A stretch of DNA of 64,000 nucleotides from IMG/VR virus record IMGVR_UViG_3300030376_002891, positions 1-64,000 of that record; one strand, written 5' to 3'. The translations under genes and the position numbers were made by a program. Origin of the DNA: an uncultured virus (IMG/VR IMGVR_UViG_3300030376_002891) (taxonomy: Duplodnaviria > Heunggongvirae > Uroviricota > Caudoviricetes). Below are positions 39,165-50,400 of this stretch, one piece after another. The notes below the pieces were generated by a model. That model saw only the letters and a list, made by a program, of their open reading frames with translations, made no database searches and was not told where the DNA came from. The first letter of the stretch is position 1; every line of letters begins with the position of its first letter.

Positions 39165-39547
39165 TGGCTGATACCGTAATAAAACCAAAAAGAAGTTTCA
39201 CAGCTGCTGCTGTTCCTCAATTATCTGATTTAGAAATTGGTGAATTAGCAATGAACATTGCTGACGGTAAGTTTTACACGAAGCAAAATGCGAACACTAT
39301 TAGAGAAGTTGGTGGTGCAAGTGCTGTTAATATTCAATCAGTATTAAATGCTGGTGCTATTACAACAACTGACTTAACTTTTAATAACGCAAATATAGTA
39401 TTTGAAGGCGCTACACCAGACGCCTACGAAACAACATTAACGGTAGAAGACCCGACTGCTGATAGAACGGTTAAACTACCAAATTCTAGTGGAACATTAG
39501 CATTGACAGGAGATATTCTTGCCTTTGCTGTTGTATTTGGAGGATAA
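39164..39547 (+). CDS. Fibre-associated protein
   Basis: IKPKRS..P..LEIGELAMNIADGK; FEGATPDAYETTL motif shared with 24756. Confidence 0.7.
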   Translation: MADTVIKPKRSFTAAAVPQLSDLEIGELAMNIADGKFYTKQNANTIREVGGASAVNIQSVLNAGAITTTDLTFNNANIVFEGATPDAYETTLTVEDPTADRTVKLPNSSGTLALTGDILAFAVVFGG

Positions 39548-39550
39548 TAA

Positions 39551-39880
39551 ATGGCTAGTGCTTTTAAAAACGCAGGACAAACTAACTCACAAGTTGATGA
39601 TTCAACTGCAAATGTTTATACAGCGCCATCTAATGGTACTGCTGTATTACACGCTGTTTATATCTCAAACACTTCAACTGATACACAAGCAGAAGTAGAT
39701 GTAAAGGTTACGGTTGATGGTGGTACTACTTTCAAAACAATGATGAGTAATATTATTATTCCACAGAATAACACTTTTATATTAGATAAGCCTGTAAATT
39801 TAGAGGCAAATGACATTATAAGAGTGATTGCTTCTCACGGAAATACTGATACATTTATTTCGGTATTAGAGAATACATAA
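39551..39880 (+). CDS. Small virion structural protein
   Basis: MASAFKNAG..VYTAP..ISN..LEANDIIRV..SVLE pattern. Confidence 0.7.
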   Translation: MASAFKNAGQTNSQVDDSTANVYTAPSNGTAVLHAVYISNTSTDTQAEVDVKVTVDGGTTFKTMMSNIIIPQNNTFILDKPVNLEANDIIRVIASHGNTDTFISVLENT

Positions 39881-39892
39881 GATTAAAATAGT

Positions 39893-39900
39893 TATAAATA
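39893..39900 (+). promoter_or_regulatory. T4-type late promoter
   Basis: TATAAATA. Confidence 0.75.
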
Positions 39901-39925
39901 TAAGAAAACGAAGAGGAAGAATTAG

Positions 39926-40423
39926 ATGGCATTAGCATTACCAACAGGAGCTTCACAAGCAGTTGCCGTAGACGCAGCTGGTTTCCAAATCTCTAACGAA
40001 TATGCTATGCACGCCCTTAACCGTGATGTTAATGGTCTTTTGATATACACAAAGACCAAATTAGATAGTAATGAGGAAGTGATTGTTAACAGCGGAGAAG
40101 GTTTTGGATTTAATGGGTTTGAAGGACTTGCAATCGGTAAGGCAAGTGATGGAACAACCGTTCAGAATACACTACAAAGTGATTTTGACGAGAATACAGA
40201 CGCTCATTACCAAACTAACGCAAAGTTTAGAAAGTATCAACAGACAAGATTTGATCCGTTGAAACTTTTTTACTTTTTAAATGATGAAGGTAATCTTGTG
40301 GCAAGGTATCAACAAGATTATACTTACGCCGCTAGTGAGACAGCAACTTCTACAACTGGAAGCAACTGGATCCCAAGTGGTGGAAACTATTATACCGCTA
40401 GTAATGTTAACAGGTACTTGTAA
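39926..40423 (+). CDS. Hypothetical virion protein
   Basis: Late promoter and RBS; LFYFLNDEGNLVAR. Confidence 0.7.
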   Translation: MALALPTGASQAVAVDAAGFQISNEYAMHALNRDVNGLLIYTKTKLDSNEEVIVNSGEGFGFNGFEGLAIGKASDGTTVQNTLQSDFDENTDAHYQTNAKFRKYQQTRFDPLKLFYFLNDEGNLVARYQQDYTYAASETATSTTGSNWIPSGGNYYTASNVNRYL

Positions 40424-40446
40424 AAATTAAATAGAGAGAGATAAAA

Positions 40447-43400
40447 ATGGCAGATTTTATTTTAGGAAGACTTAAATTTCACTTTAAAGGAGATTGGGTT
40501 ACAGGAACGGCATATATTAAAGATGATGTCGTAAGATACGGAGGAAATAGCTTCGTAGCGATGGCGAACCATACAGGTTCAGCTGCGTTTGAAACAGATT
40601 TAACAGCAACCAAATGGAAAAAGATGGTTGCAGGACAAGAATGGAAAGGCGCTTGGTCAGCAACTACAGCTTATAAAGTTGATGATGTTGTACAATGGGG
40701 AGGTTCTACTTTCGTATGTAATGAAGCGCACACTTCACAATCAGATTTATATGACGACACTAGTAAATGGACTTCTTTTGTTCCAGGATTTAACTGGACA
40801 GGAACTTATACTGCTTCAACAGCATATAAAGTAAACGACTTAGCGAAATACGGTGCAAATGTTTATATTTGTTCAGTTGAACATACTGCCGCTTCAACAA
40901 TAGATACAACTAAATTTTCACTATTCGTTTCTGGATTAGAATTTGAAGATTCATACAACTCTGGTACTGCCTACCAAGCTGGTGATGTTGTAACCTACGG
41001 AGGTTATAACTATGTCGCAATTCAACAATCTACAGGTCAATCACCTTATAACAATGCAACATACTGGGAAGTACTTACAACTGGATTTAAAATGGTTGGT
41101 ACTTATGCCGGTGCAACTGCTTATAAAACTGGTGATGTAGTTAGATATGGTGGTCATACATATGTTGCAAAAACAGACGCAACTGGTATTGTACCAACAA
41201 CAACTGCAACTTGGGATTTATTAAACGAAGGATTTAACTGGAGAGATAGTTGGGCAGACGCAACTGCTTATGCTCCTGGTGACGCAATCGGTTATGGTTC
41301 ATCTTCTTACAGATGTAAACTTGCTCACACTTCTTCTGCTGTACAAGGTGACGCAAAAAGACCTGACTATGATACAGGCGGAGTTTACTGGGATTTAGTT
41401 GCTGAAGGTGATTCAAACTTTGTTACCACTAGTAGAGGTGACTTATTAACTAGAAACGCTACACAAAATATTAGACTACCAATTGGTACAGCTGGTTCAG
41501 TTGTACAATCAGACGGAACAGATGTTAGTTGGGGAATACCTGGGGTTACAACAAATGTATTCTTTGTTGCTAAACACGGTGCTGACAACGATCCATCTAC
41601 TGATACAGGTAGAGGTACTTCACTAGACAAACCTTGGTTAACACTTGCATACGCAATGGCTTGGATTAATTCAAATGTTGCTGCTAGTGCTTACAAAACG
41701 GTTTATGTAAAAACTGGAACTTACGAAGAGGCATTGCCTATCGTTCTTTCTGCTAATACACAATTAGTTGGAGACGGAGTAAGAAGTACAAGAATTACAC
41801 CTGCTTCTGGAAATTCAGTAGTTGCAGGATTAACAAACACACCAAACAATCGTGCTGATATGTTTAGAGTACATAACGGTACAACGGTTACTGGTTTCAC
41901 ATTTAGTGGAATGGTTGGAACTATGGGAAGTGCTGACTCATATGGAGTTGCAAGACCTAATACTTCTGACGGTGCAACACGAAGTGGTGTTGTATTTGCA
42001 TTAGACCCAGGAACTGGAGTTGGTGATACAACTACACACATTACAACTAAATCACCATTTATTCAGAATTGTACACACTTTGGTACAGGTTCTGTTGGTA
42101 TTAAAATTGACGGTGCATTACACAACTCTGGAAACAGAAGTATACTTGCAAACGACTTTACACAGGTAACTTCTGGAGGTGTTGGAGTATGGGCACTTGC
42201 AAATGCAAAATCAGAATTAGTATCTGTATTTACATATTACGCACATCACGGTTACTTATGTGATAGTGGTGCTGTTATGAGAAGTTTGAACTCAAACAAC
42301 TCTTACGGTGAATACGGTTCAACAGCTGCTGGTATTGACGCAAACGAAACGCCATATACTGGTAATGTAGATTTAAGAGATAACGAAGCTCAAGTAGGAA
42401 GAGTATTAGTATCTGGTTCAGGTATCGGAAGATTAGAATTACAATATGCAGGACAATCATATTCTTCTGCTTCAATTGCAATTGCCGGTTCTGGTGCTTC
42501 AGGAACTGCGTCTGCTTCTTTTAGTGATGGCGCTGTAAACTTTATTAAAGTTAACACAACAGGTTCTACACACTTTACTACAACAGGATTTGCACAATCA
42601 GGAACTGCAAGTACAATTAAACTTGCTGCTTCTGACTCACAACCTGATGACTTCTACAATGGTATGAGAATTACGGTTTACACAGGAACTGGTTATGGTA
42701 ACACAGGTGTTATCGCTGACTATGTTGCTTCTACAAAAACTTGTACGGTACAAAAAGAAAATGGTACTGCAGGATTTGATGTATTTGTAAACTCTGGATT
42801 ATCAGCTGCAACATCTTTTGATACAACAACAGGTTACGAAATTGAACCTAGAGTTGCTTTAAGTGGTGGTGGTTCTCCTAGTAGAAACGCACTCGCAAGA
42901 GCAGTTGTAGAAAATCAACAAGTTTCAAAAATTCTTATATTAGACGGTGGTGCTGGTTATTCTTCTGCACCAACGGTAACAATTACAGACCCTAACGCAA
43001 GTACGGTTGCTACTGCAACTTCACATATTGCTGACGGTGTAATATCACAAACAACAATAACAAGTGCTGGTTCTGGATACAAAACAGAAACTTCAACTGC
43101 TACTATCACTGGTAACGGTTTTGCTGAAATTCAAAGTGAAGGTACTGCCTTTGTAAGATTAACAGGATTATCTAAATCGCCAACAGGTGGTGACATTGTT
43201 GAATTTGCTGGAATAACAAACCAAGCATATTATGTTGTTGGTGTAACCGGTTATTCAAGTGGTGCTGGTTTAGTTAGAGTAAATCCTAAATTTACAACTT
43301 CTAATCAACCAACTCACGCTGAAACTGCAACTTTAAGAAGTAATTACTCAAACATTAGATTGACTGGACACGACTTCTTGGATGTAGGTACTGGTGATTT

Positions 43401-44163
43401 TACAACAACAAATTATCCTAACACACCAACTCAAGCGCCTGACGCAAATGATGAAATCTTTGAAGCAGATAGAGGAAGAGTATTCTACTCATCTACTGAC
43501 CAAGACGGTAACTTTAGAGTTGGTAACTTGTTTAGAATTGAACAGGCAACTGGTAAAGCAACATTGAATGCTGAAGCATTTGACCTTTCAGGATTACAAG
43601 AATTGAGTTTAGGCTCAAACGCACAAGGTAATTTCGGTGCTACAATTAATGAATTTAGTACTGACGGAACATTAGCAGATAATTCTGATAGTGCTCTAGT
43701 TACCGAAAGAGCGATTAAGACTTATGTAGATGGTCAACTTGGTGGAGGACAGAATGATTTATCAGTTAACTCATTAACTGCTGGTTCAATTACTGCTTCT
43801 GGCACAGCGATTTCTACAACAGGTGTTGCGGGAAGTGATGTAAACTTATCTATTGGAACACAAAACAATGGTATAATTTCATTTACTTCACAAACACAAA
43901 CAGCAATCACTCCGACTGCGAATAATGATATAGTTAATAAATCTTATGTTGACGCACAAGGAACACCAACTTTACAAACACTTTCAATTGATGATGACAC
44001 ATTAGACTTGAAGAGAAGAGTTATCACAAACGCTAATGAGTTAATACAGAAAGAAAGTGCTTACTTTGATGGTACGGATGCTACTGAAGGATTTGAATTT
44101 ATCAACGGAACAATGCAAATTAACATTGATAAATCTGGAGACTTGGTAATAGAAACAACATAA
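40447..44163 (+). CDS. Large tail fibre/receptor-binding protein with carbohydrate-binding-like repeats and beta-helix
   Basis: About six W/Y..TAY..D(V/L)V.YGG..Y repeats; FFVAKHG.D..G..LDKPW.T, YVKTGTYEE and SPFIQNCT pectin-lyase-like motifs. Confidence 0.8.
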   Translation: MADFILGRLKFHFKGDWVTGTAYIKDDVVRYGGNSFVAMANHTGSAAFETDLTATKWKKMVAGQEWKGAWSATTAYKVDDVVQWGGSTFVCNEAHTSQSDLYDDTSKWTSFVPGFNWTGTYTASTAYKVNDLAKYGANVYICSVEHTAASTIDTTKFSLFVSGLEFEDSYNSGTAYQAGDVVTYGGYNYVAIQQSTGQSPYNNATYWEVLTTGFKMVGTYAGATAYKTGDVVRYGGHTYVAKTDATGIVPTTTATWDLLNEGFNWRDSWADATAYAPGDAIGYGSSSYRCKLAHTSSAVQGDAKRPDYDTGGVYWDLVAEGDSNFVTTSRGDLLTRNATQNIRLPIGTAGSVVQSDGTDVSWGIPGVTTNVFFVAKHGADNDPSTDTGRGTSLDKPWLTLAYAMAWINSNVAASAYKTVYVKTGTYEEALPIVLSANTQLVGDGVRSTRITPASGNSVVAGLTNTPNNRADMFRVHNGTTVTGFTFSGMVGTMGSADSYGVARPNTSDGATRSGVVFALDPGTGVGDTTTHITTKSPFIQNCTHFGTGSVGIKIDGALHNSGNRSILANDFTQVTSGGVGVWALANAKSELVSVFTYYAHHGYLCDSGAVMRSLNSNNSYGEYGSTAAGIDANETPYTGNVDLRDNEAQVGRVLVSGSGIGRLELQYAGQSYSSASIAIAGSGASGTASASFSDGAVNFIKVNTTGSTHFTTTGFAQSGTASTIKLAASDSQPDDFYNGMRITVYTGTGYGNTGVIADYVASTKTCTVQKENGTAGFDVFVNSGLSAATSFDTTTGYEIEPRVALSGGGSPSRNALARAVVENQQVSKILILDGGAGYSSAPTVTITDPNASTVATATSHIADGVISQTTITSAGSGYKTETSTATITGNGFAEIQSEGTAFVRLTGLSKSPTGGDIVEFAGITNQAYYVVGVTGYSSGAGLVRVNPKFTTSNQPTHAETATLRSNYSNIRLTGHDFLDVGTGDFTTTNYPNTPTQAPDANDEIFEADRGRVFYSSTDQDGNFRVGNLFRIEQATGKATLNAEAFDLSGLQELSLGSNAQGNFGATINEFSTDGTLADNSDSALVTERAIKTYVDGQLGGGQNDLSVNSLTAGSITASGTAISTTGVAGSDVNLSIGTQNNGIISFTSQTQTAITPTANNDIVNKSYVDAQGTPTLQTLSIDDDTLDLKRRVITNANELIQKESAYFDGTDATEGFEFINGTMQINIDKSGDLVIETT

Positions 44164-44190
44164 ATAATAGTTAAATAGGAAGATATAAAA

Positions 44191-47100
44191 ATGGCAACAA
44201 CAAAAACTAGAATTGGTAATCTGTTCTTCAATTATCAAGGTGAATATTCTGCTACGAAGACTTATCATAAAGATGATGTTGTATTATACAACAATTCTGA
44301 TTTTATCTGCGTAAAAAATTCATCTACGACAGGACAAGCACCTGACACAGGAACAGAAGCTCAACAAAAAAGATATGTAAGGGTAACTATTGCTACATCA
44401 GCAAGTACTGGTGGCAATGCCTTTAAATGGGACGGCGAAGCAGCTTGGCCTGCTACAGAAGTACAATACAAAATTGGTGATACTTTAGTATTATACCAAG
44501 ACGGTAATGACTTTGATGATAACTCAATAGCATTTTCAACTTCGTCTACTTCAAAAGAAAACAATTTATACCACACAGATGTAACCTATATGTTAGACGG
44601 TAAATCTGTTGGTGGTGGAACTGCAAGTGGTGAATACTTTAACTCTGGTACATTTAACAATGCTGCTAAAAGAGAAATAAGAATAGAAATTACTGCTGAA
44701 ACACCAAAAGAATTATACATTTTTAATTATCAAAATCCTTCTGCTACTTGGGGACCTAAATTAGTTGTTGCCGAGAACCAAGTATGGAAAGAAATTAGAC
44801 AATCATTTAAATGGAGAGGTGACCACGACAATACAAACGCAAGTGGTTCATATTTAACTTATCAACCAAATGATGTTGTAAGAATAAATGTACCTGTTGA
44901 TAATGACTTTTCAACAAACAATCAGTATTCTGGAAACCAAATACAAAAAATCAGAGCAACTTACATATGTTTAAAAGCACATACTTGTGATGGTACTGAC
45001 AAATATTTACCTTGGGACCAAGATACAGATACAGACGAAAACAAATGGTGGGAAAGAATTTCAGAAGAACATCAATTTGATGAAGAAACAATAACAGATA
45101 GTGGTTCTGTTGTTTCTATCAATAACATTTCTGCTGCTTCTCCTGCAAGACAACAAGGATTTTATCCTTTCGTAAATACTAAAAACATAACTGCCGCTGC
45201 TGAAAACTCAAATGCTGGTAGAACTGGTGGATATAACCCACCTATGGTTAATGTAACCGTTGAAGGTTACCAATCTGTTAAATCAGTTGGAAACTTCTCT
45301 ACTGCACATTACAAAAGAAAACCTGGTGTTTACAGAAACTTAACTCAATCTTCAACTTCAGGTGCTGGTTCAAACGCAAACTTTGATATTGAAGTAGACA
45401 ACAATGGTAAAGTAATTAGAGTAGAGGTTACGAAAAAATCACTTGGTGGTCAAATGGGTGGTTTAGGATACGCACAAAACGAAACGATTACAATAGGTGA
45501 CTCACTTCTAGGAAGTGGTGGTGCACCTGACTTTACTTTTGATGTATTAACAATTGGTACTTGGGGTGCTCTTAATATAGAAATCGCTAGAGACCAAAAA
45601 AGAGGAATGCAAAACGCACAATGGGAAAACAATGACGAAGCTGAAATGCTTGGTGGTGAGAACAATGCTGCTTCTGACCAACTAGGTATTGACGGACAAG
45701 TATTCTATTCTTCTGCGAATGTAACCTTTGATGTTGTATCTACACAAAAGAAAGCAAGAGGTTATCAAAACTTCTATAGTGGAAACAGATTAGAATGTAT
45801 GGCATTATGTAATGAAAACGGACCTATCGGAGATGACCATCCGTTATACAGATTGCCTGGACAATTCCAACAAGCACAATGTGTTAACTGGCCGTGTTTT
45901 ATTAATGGTCGTGGTGGAATTACAAGTTGGGGTTCAAACTCTAACGGTCAAAACGGACAAGACCAAGGTTCAATTTTAACTGGAGTTGGAATGGTATTTC
46001 CATTCCTAGATTGGTACAGAAGTACAGACAATGGTGGTTCTGGAATTCACACTACTCCTGATGGAGAAGTACCAAAAGCAATTCAACTATTATCTGGATA
46101 CGAAGTTGGTATGGCACTATTTAATAATGGTGAAGTATACCATTGGGGTTACGGAGGTCACGGACAAAATGGTGACGCTAATACTTCAAACAGAGGATAT
46201 CCAGTAAGATGTGGTGGAACATACCAAGAAATTTATCTTGCTGCTAATACTTCTACACACACTTTTAAAGATACTAGAATTAAAAGAATTTACATTACTA
46301 ATTGGGGCGGAGACAATAACACAAATACACATAGTTGTTATGCGTTAGATACTGACGGCGAACTATGGGCTTGGGGTTACAATGGTTACGGTCAATTAGG
46401 ACAAAATAATACTTCTGATTTAAGTAGACCAACAAAAATTAATAAGACAGCTTACTTTAATGGTAATAAGATTGACGCTTTCTGGACTGCTGGTGCAGGA
46501 TACGCTTTCTGTTATGCTTTAGATGTAACCGGAAAACTTTATAGTTGGGGTTACAATGGATATGGTCAGTTAGGACAAACTAATACAACTAACTTATCAG
46601 TACCTACAGAAGTTCCAGGTATCACTTGGGACAACGGTGCAAGTAATCCTGGTAAGATTAAAAAACTATTAGTAGACTCGCAACAATCATATGGAAGAAC
46701 AGCAATCTTAACTGAAAAAGGTAAGATATACTGGTGTGGAAGAAATGAATACGGTTGGGCGATGATGGGTAATACTACAGATGTAAGCACATTTACAATT
46801 ATGTCTAATGGTCCAGGTTCTGGAACATATTCTGATTGTCAAAATATGTGGTTTACAGGAAACGGCAGATATGCAAGTTTCTGGACTAAAGATAGTATTG
46901 GTGACATCAAGTGCTGTGGTTACAATGGTAACTATGAACTTGGTATTGGTAACTCAACTAACCAAACTGCTGCTGTATCACCTAAATGGCAAATTAACGG
47001 AACAACAACTTCTGACTTACATAATATTAAAGACATAGGTTGTAATTCTGAATATGGTAACCAATGGATGTGTAATGTATGGGTATTAACATATGACGGA

Positions 47101-47424
47101 TTTATGTTTAATACAGGAAGAAACAACTACGGTTTAGGCGCTCAAGGTTGGTCTTCAAGTTATAATGATAGACAATCATCTAATGGTATTGAAGAAACAG
47201 ATGATTACTATTTCCAAATGCAAAGAATGCCTAATTACGCACACGGAAGAGTAGAAGATGTAAGAGGAAGAGGTTACTACTCTACAGACGGTAATAGATA
47301 CCACTTTAGAGAAATTAGAACTTTTGACAACAGATACCTAATGTGGGGTTACGGTGGAGACTATATGCAAGGTCAGAATGACTCAAACTATGTTTCTATG
47401 CCACAACCCGCTGTGTTAGGATAG
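44191..47424 (+). CDS. RCC1-repeat virion protein A
   Basis: Repeated WGYNGYGQLG units. Confidence 0.85.
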   Translation: MATTKTRIGNLFFNYQGEYSATKTYHKDDVVLYNNSDFICVKNSSTTGQAPDTGTEAQQKRYVRVTIATSASTGGNAFKWDGEAAWPATEVQYKIGDTLVLYQDGNDFDDNSIAFSTSSTSKENNLYHTDVTYMLDGKSVGGGTASGEYFNSGTFNNAAKREIRIEITAETPKELYIFNYQNPSATWGPKLVVAENQVWKEIRQSFKWRGDHDNTNASGSYLTYQPNDVVRINVPVDNDFSTNNQYSGNQIQKIRATYICLKAHTCDGTDKYLPWDQDTDTDENKWWERISEEHQFDEETITDSGSVVSINNISAASPARQQGFYPFVNTKNITAAAENSNAGRTGGYNPPMVNVTVEGYQSVKSVGNFSTAHYKRKPGVYRNLTQSSTSGAGSNANFDIEVDNNGKVIRVEVTKKSLGGQMGGLGYAQNETITIGDSLLGSGGAPDFTFDVLTIGTWGALNIEIARDQKRGMQNAQWENNDEAEMLGGENNAASDQLGIDGQVFYSSANVTFDVVSTQKKARGYQNFYSGNRLECMALCNENGPIGDDHPLYRLPGQFQQAQCVNWPCFINGRGGITSWGSNSNGQNGQDQGSILTGVGMVFPFLDWYRSTDNGGSGIHTTPDGEVPKAIQLLSGYEVGMALFNNGEVYHWGYGGHGQNGDANTSNRGYPVRCGGTYQEIYLAANTSTHTFKDTRIKRIYITNWGGDNNTNTHSCYALDTDGELWAWGYNGYGQLGQNNTSDLSRPTKINKTAYFNGNKIDAFWTAGAGYAFCYALDVTGKLYSWGYNGYGQLGQTNTTNLSVPTEVPGITWDNGASNPGKIKKLLVDSQQSYGRTAILTEKGKIYWCGRNEYGWAMMGNTTDVSTFTIMSNGPGSGTYSDCQNMWFTGNGRYASFWTKDSIGDIKCCGYNGNYELGIGNSTNQTAAVSPKWQINGTTTSDLHNIKDIGCNSEYGNQWMCNVWVLTYDGFMFNTGRNNYGLGAQGWSSSYNDRQSSNGIEETDDYYFQMQRMPNYAHGRVEDVRGRGYYSTDGNRYHFREIRTFDNRYLMWGYGGDYMQGQNDSNYVSMPQPAVLG

Positions 47425-47432
47425 TATAAATA
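47425..47432 (+). promoter_or_regulatory. T4-type late promoter
   Basis: TATAAATA. Confidence 0.75.
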
Positions 47433-47460
47433 TAAAGAACAATTAAGATAGGAAATAAAA

Positions 47461-50400
47461 ATGGCAAAAATTAATCTCGGAAGAATTAAATTACAATTCC
47501 AAGGAGAATATAATAAAGACCAACAATACAGACGAGACGATATTGTTTATCATAATAACGCTATGTGGATTATGAAACAAGAATACTTTGCTGATGGGTC
47601 TTCTGCGTATGCTCCTGGTACTAAAATCTTTGGATATAATCCAAAAGACTACACTGGTGACTTCTGGTCAAATGACCCGAACTACAATGGTGTAGATAGT
47701 GTTTTCAGATACACACAATATTGGACTGAAAACGAAAGAAGAGGCGAAACTCAAAGAACTGATAGAGACGGTAATCCTATCACTAAAAACTCTACATACG
47801 GTTCTAACGAGGACGGTGCAAACGAGATTAGACACGACTATATTGATTCATCTATGGGTACGGTTGTTCGCCATCAACAACACCTTATGAATGAATATGA
47901 CGCAATGTTTCAAGCTTGCGAAGATGACTATGACCAGTTAGACACATATAATCATTACGAACAAAACTACTTTAAATACCACTATATGCCAGTACACAAC
48001 TCTTTTGTTGTGGAAGTTAATGTATCAGGTGGTGTGCCAGATTTCAAAATTGATAACAGACTTGGTAACAATACTAAAGGTAGAGAGTTTGAAGGTTATA
48101 GAAACTGGGAAAACTTTAAAGAAGGTCATACATACAGATTTTCACAAGACAAACCTAATAACAAATACTACCCATTAGGTTTCTCTTATACTGCTGACGG
48201 TATTCACAATGCTGGCGATACAGGTAAGTCTTTAGGAATGGATCCTGATGGACCTTACTATGTAAAAGGTACTGCTTCAAATGGTGATAGTGGATTCTTT
48301 TCACCTATGTACAAAACTGAAGCGGCTGCAATTGCTGAAGATACAAGAAGAGGTGGTGCTGGTGCTGCTCACAAATTAACTTTTGACCAAGGTGATGTAC
48401 CTGGTTGGGAGACTGAAGCAAGTCCATCATTACAAGGACATTTACATACAGACGGAACTCAATTAAAAGATACCGTTGTATCACAATTAATAGACGATAG
48501 TGGAAATACATACTTACAAGTATCAAATGCTTGGGCAGGAACAACTGCTGGTGGTGTTTCTTCACACGCAAGAAAAACAATTTACATAAACACTGGTGAT
48601 TCAACAGAATTTCACGGACAAACAGGAAGCACATATTCATATGTTTATATTCAAGGTGCATTAAAAACTGGTTCTAATATTTCTGCTGTAATTACACAAC
48701 AAAGAGATAATACAACAACTGCAAACGATAGTGCTGGAAGAAAAATCTTATTAGTAAACGGAAAACCTGTTTATCAATTAGTTGCTGAAGCTTCTACTAC
48801 AACGGTTGGTGGTATCTCTGGTGCTTATCAAGCAATTGATAAAACAGGAGCAGGTTCAACTACTGCATTAGGACTAAATCCAGTATCTAATGAAAATAAA
48901 GTTGACTTGTATATGCCGAAACTTACAGACCCAACAGCAAATGTTGAAAGAACAATGCAAGTTTCAGTTGCTAATCCTGGTTCAGGAAACAAATATTACA
49001 TTGATGGTGTTTTACCAACGGTAAACACAATGAAATTAGAAGAAGGAAAAACTTACAAGTTTGACCAATCAGATAGTACAAATGCAGGACACTGGTTAAA
49101 ACTATCAACTACAAGTGATGGTACACACGGTGGTGGATCCGAGTATACTGCTGGGGTAACTTATGTAGGTACTCCTGGTAATCCTGGTGCTTATACAGAA
49201 ATTAAATTAAGAAGTGGTGTTGCAAAACTTTATATCTATTGTAATGCACACTCTGGTATGGGACAAGAAGCAGAAACTTATGATGTTTCTACTAATCTTG
49301 GAAAAACATACGCTCCTGGTAATATCAAAAAATGGCAAGGTTACAACAAAAACGGTTGGGTTAAATACTACTTAAACTCAATTCAAGTTGATGAAAACAC
49401 TTACATTGAAACATTTTTCAATGATAATAATACAAAAGATAGAAACTATCCTAGAACTATGCCTAATGGTAAAGTTAAAGGTGGAAACAAATTCACTTTT
49501 GAACATCAAGCAGGTAGATATGTTGAGATAACAATTCCTTATCAAACAACACAATCAGACGCTGAATCAACAATTATATATCCATTCTGTTTAGAACCTA
49601 CTACAACTGCAAGACAAACTTCTGGAATGTACAACGATTTCGGTTGGACAATTGAGAAGTCTTGGAGAGGTTATAGACATTGGGATAAAGTACAATCTTC
49701 AATGAGATTTAGAGGAGAATATTCTCCAAATACACAATACAACTACAATGATATTGTTTCATACAAACCAATTAAAAGAATATCAACTGGTGAGAAGTTT
49801 ATGAAACACGGTACTGGATTGTACAGATGTTTAAGAGACAATAGAGGAAGACCACCTCAACACGGATTCCAAGAACCTACAAGGTCACCATTGATGACTA
49901 AATCAACGGTTACTTCTGGAAGATTAACTGGAAGAGGTGAACACGAACAAAACAATGAGACAGGTAAGAATTATCCTGCACATATTCAATCGTACCACAA
50001 CTGCTGGGAATCTTGGGCTGGAATGAACAACCAAGAACAAGGTGCTGGTGTTTGGTTCCCGAACAAAGGACCAATCGGATGGCCATATAAACACGGTCAC
50101 TCTAGTGGTGCTAACATTTACAGATGTCATATGTACATTGATAAAAATGGTGCTGTATGGTCAATCGGACACGGTTCAGATAGTGCCAATATGGAACAAG
50201 GTCGTTCTTCTTCATACTTTAGAGAAGTAACCTTCAGATGGAGAGATTTCTACAATTCTGAAAACAGAAACGAAGGTGGTTACAATGAAAGAAGAAGTAG
50301 CAAATGGACTCGTTATGATAGAATGAGAACACCAAGAGCTATTCAAATAGAAATGGGATATAGTTTCACAATGATATTATTTGATAACGGACAAGTATTC

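Noticed and set aside
40447..41400. Repeats as a CRISPR array or DGR template/variable pair
   Set aside because: The repeats are degenerate protein-level modules; no identical DNA repeats with spacers and no reverse transcriptase or cas genes in the window
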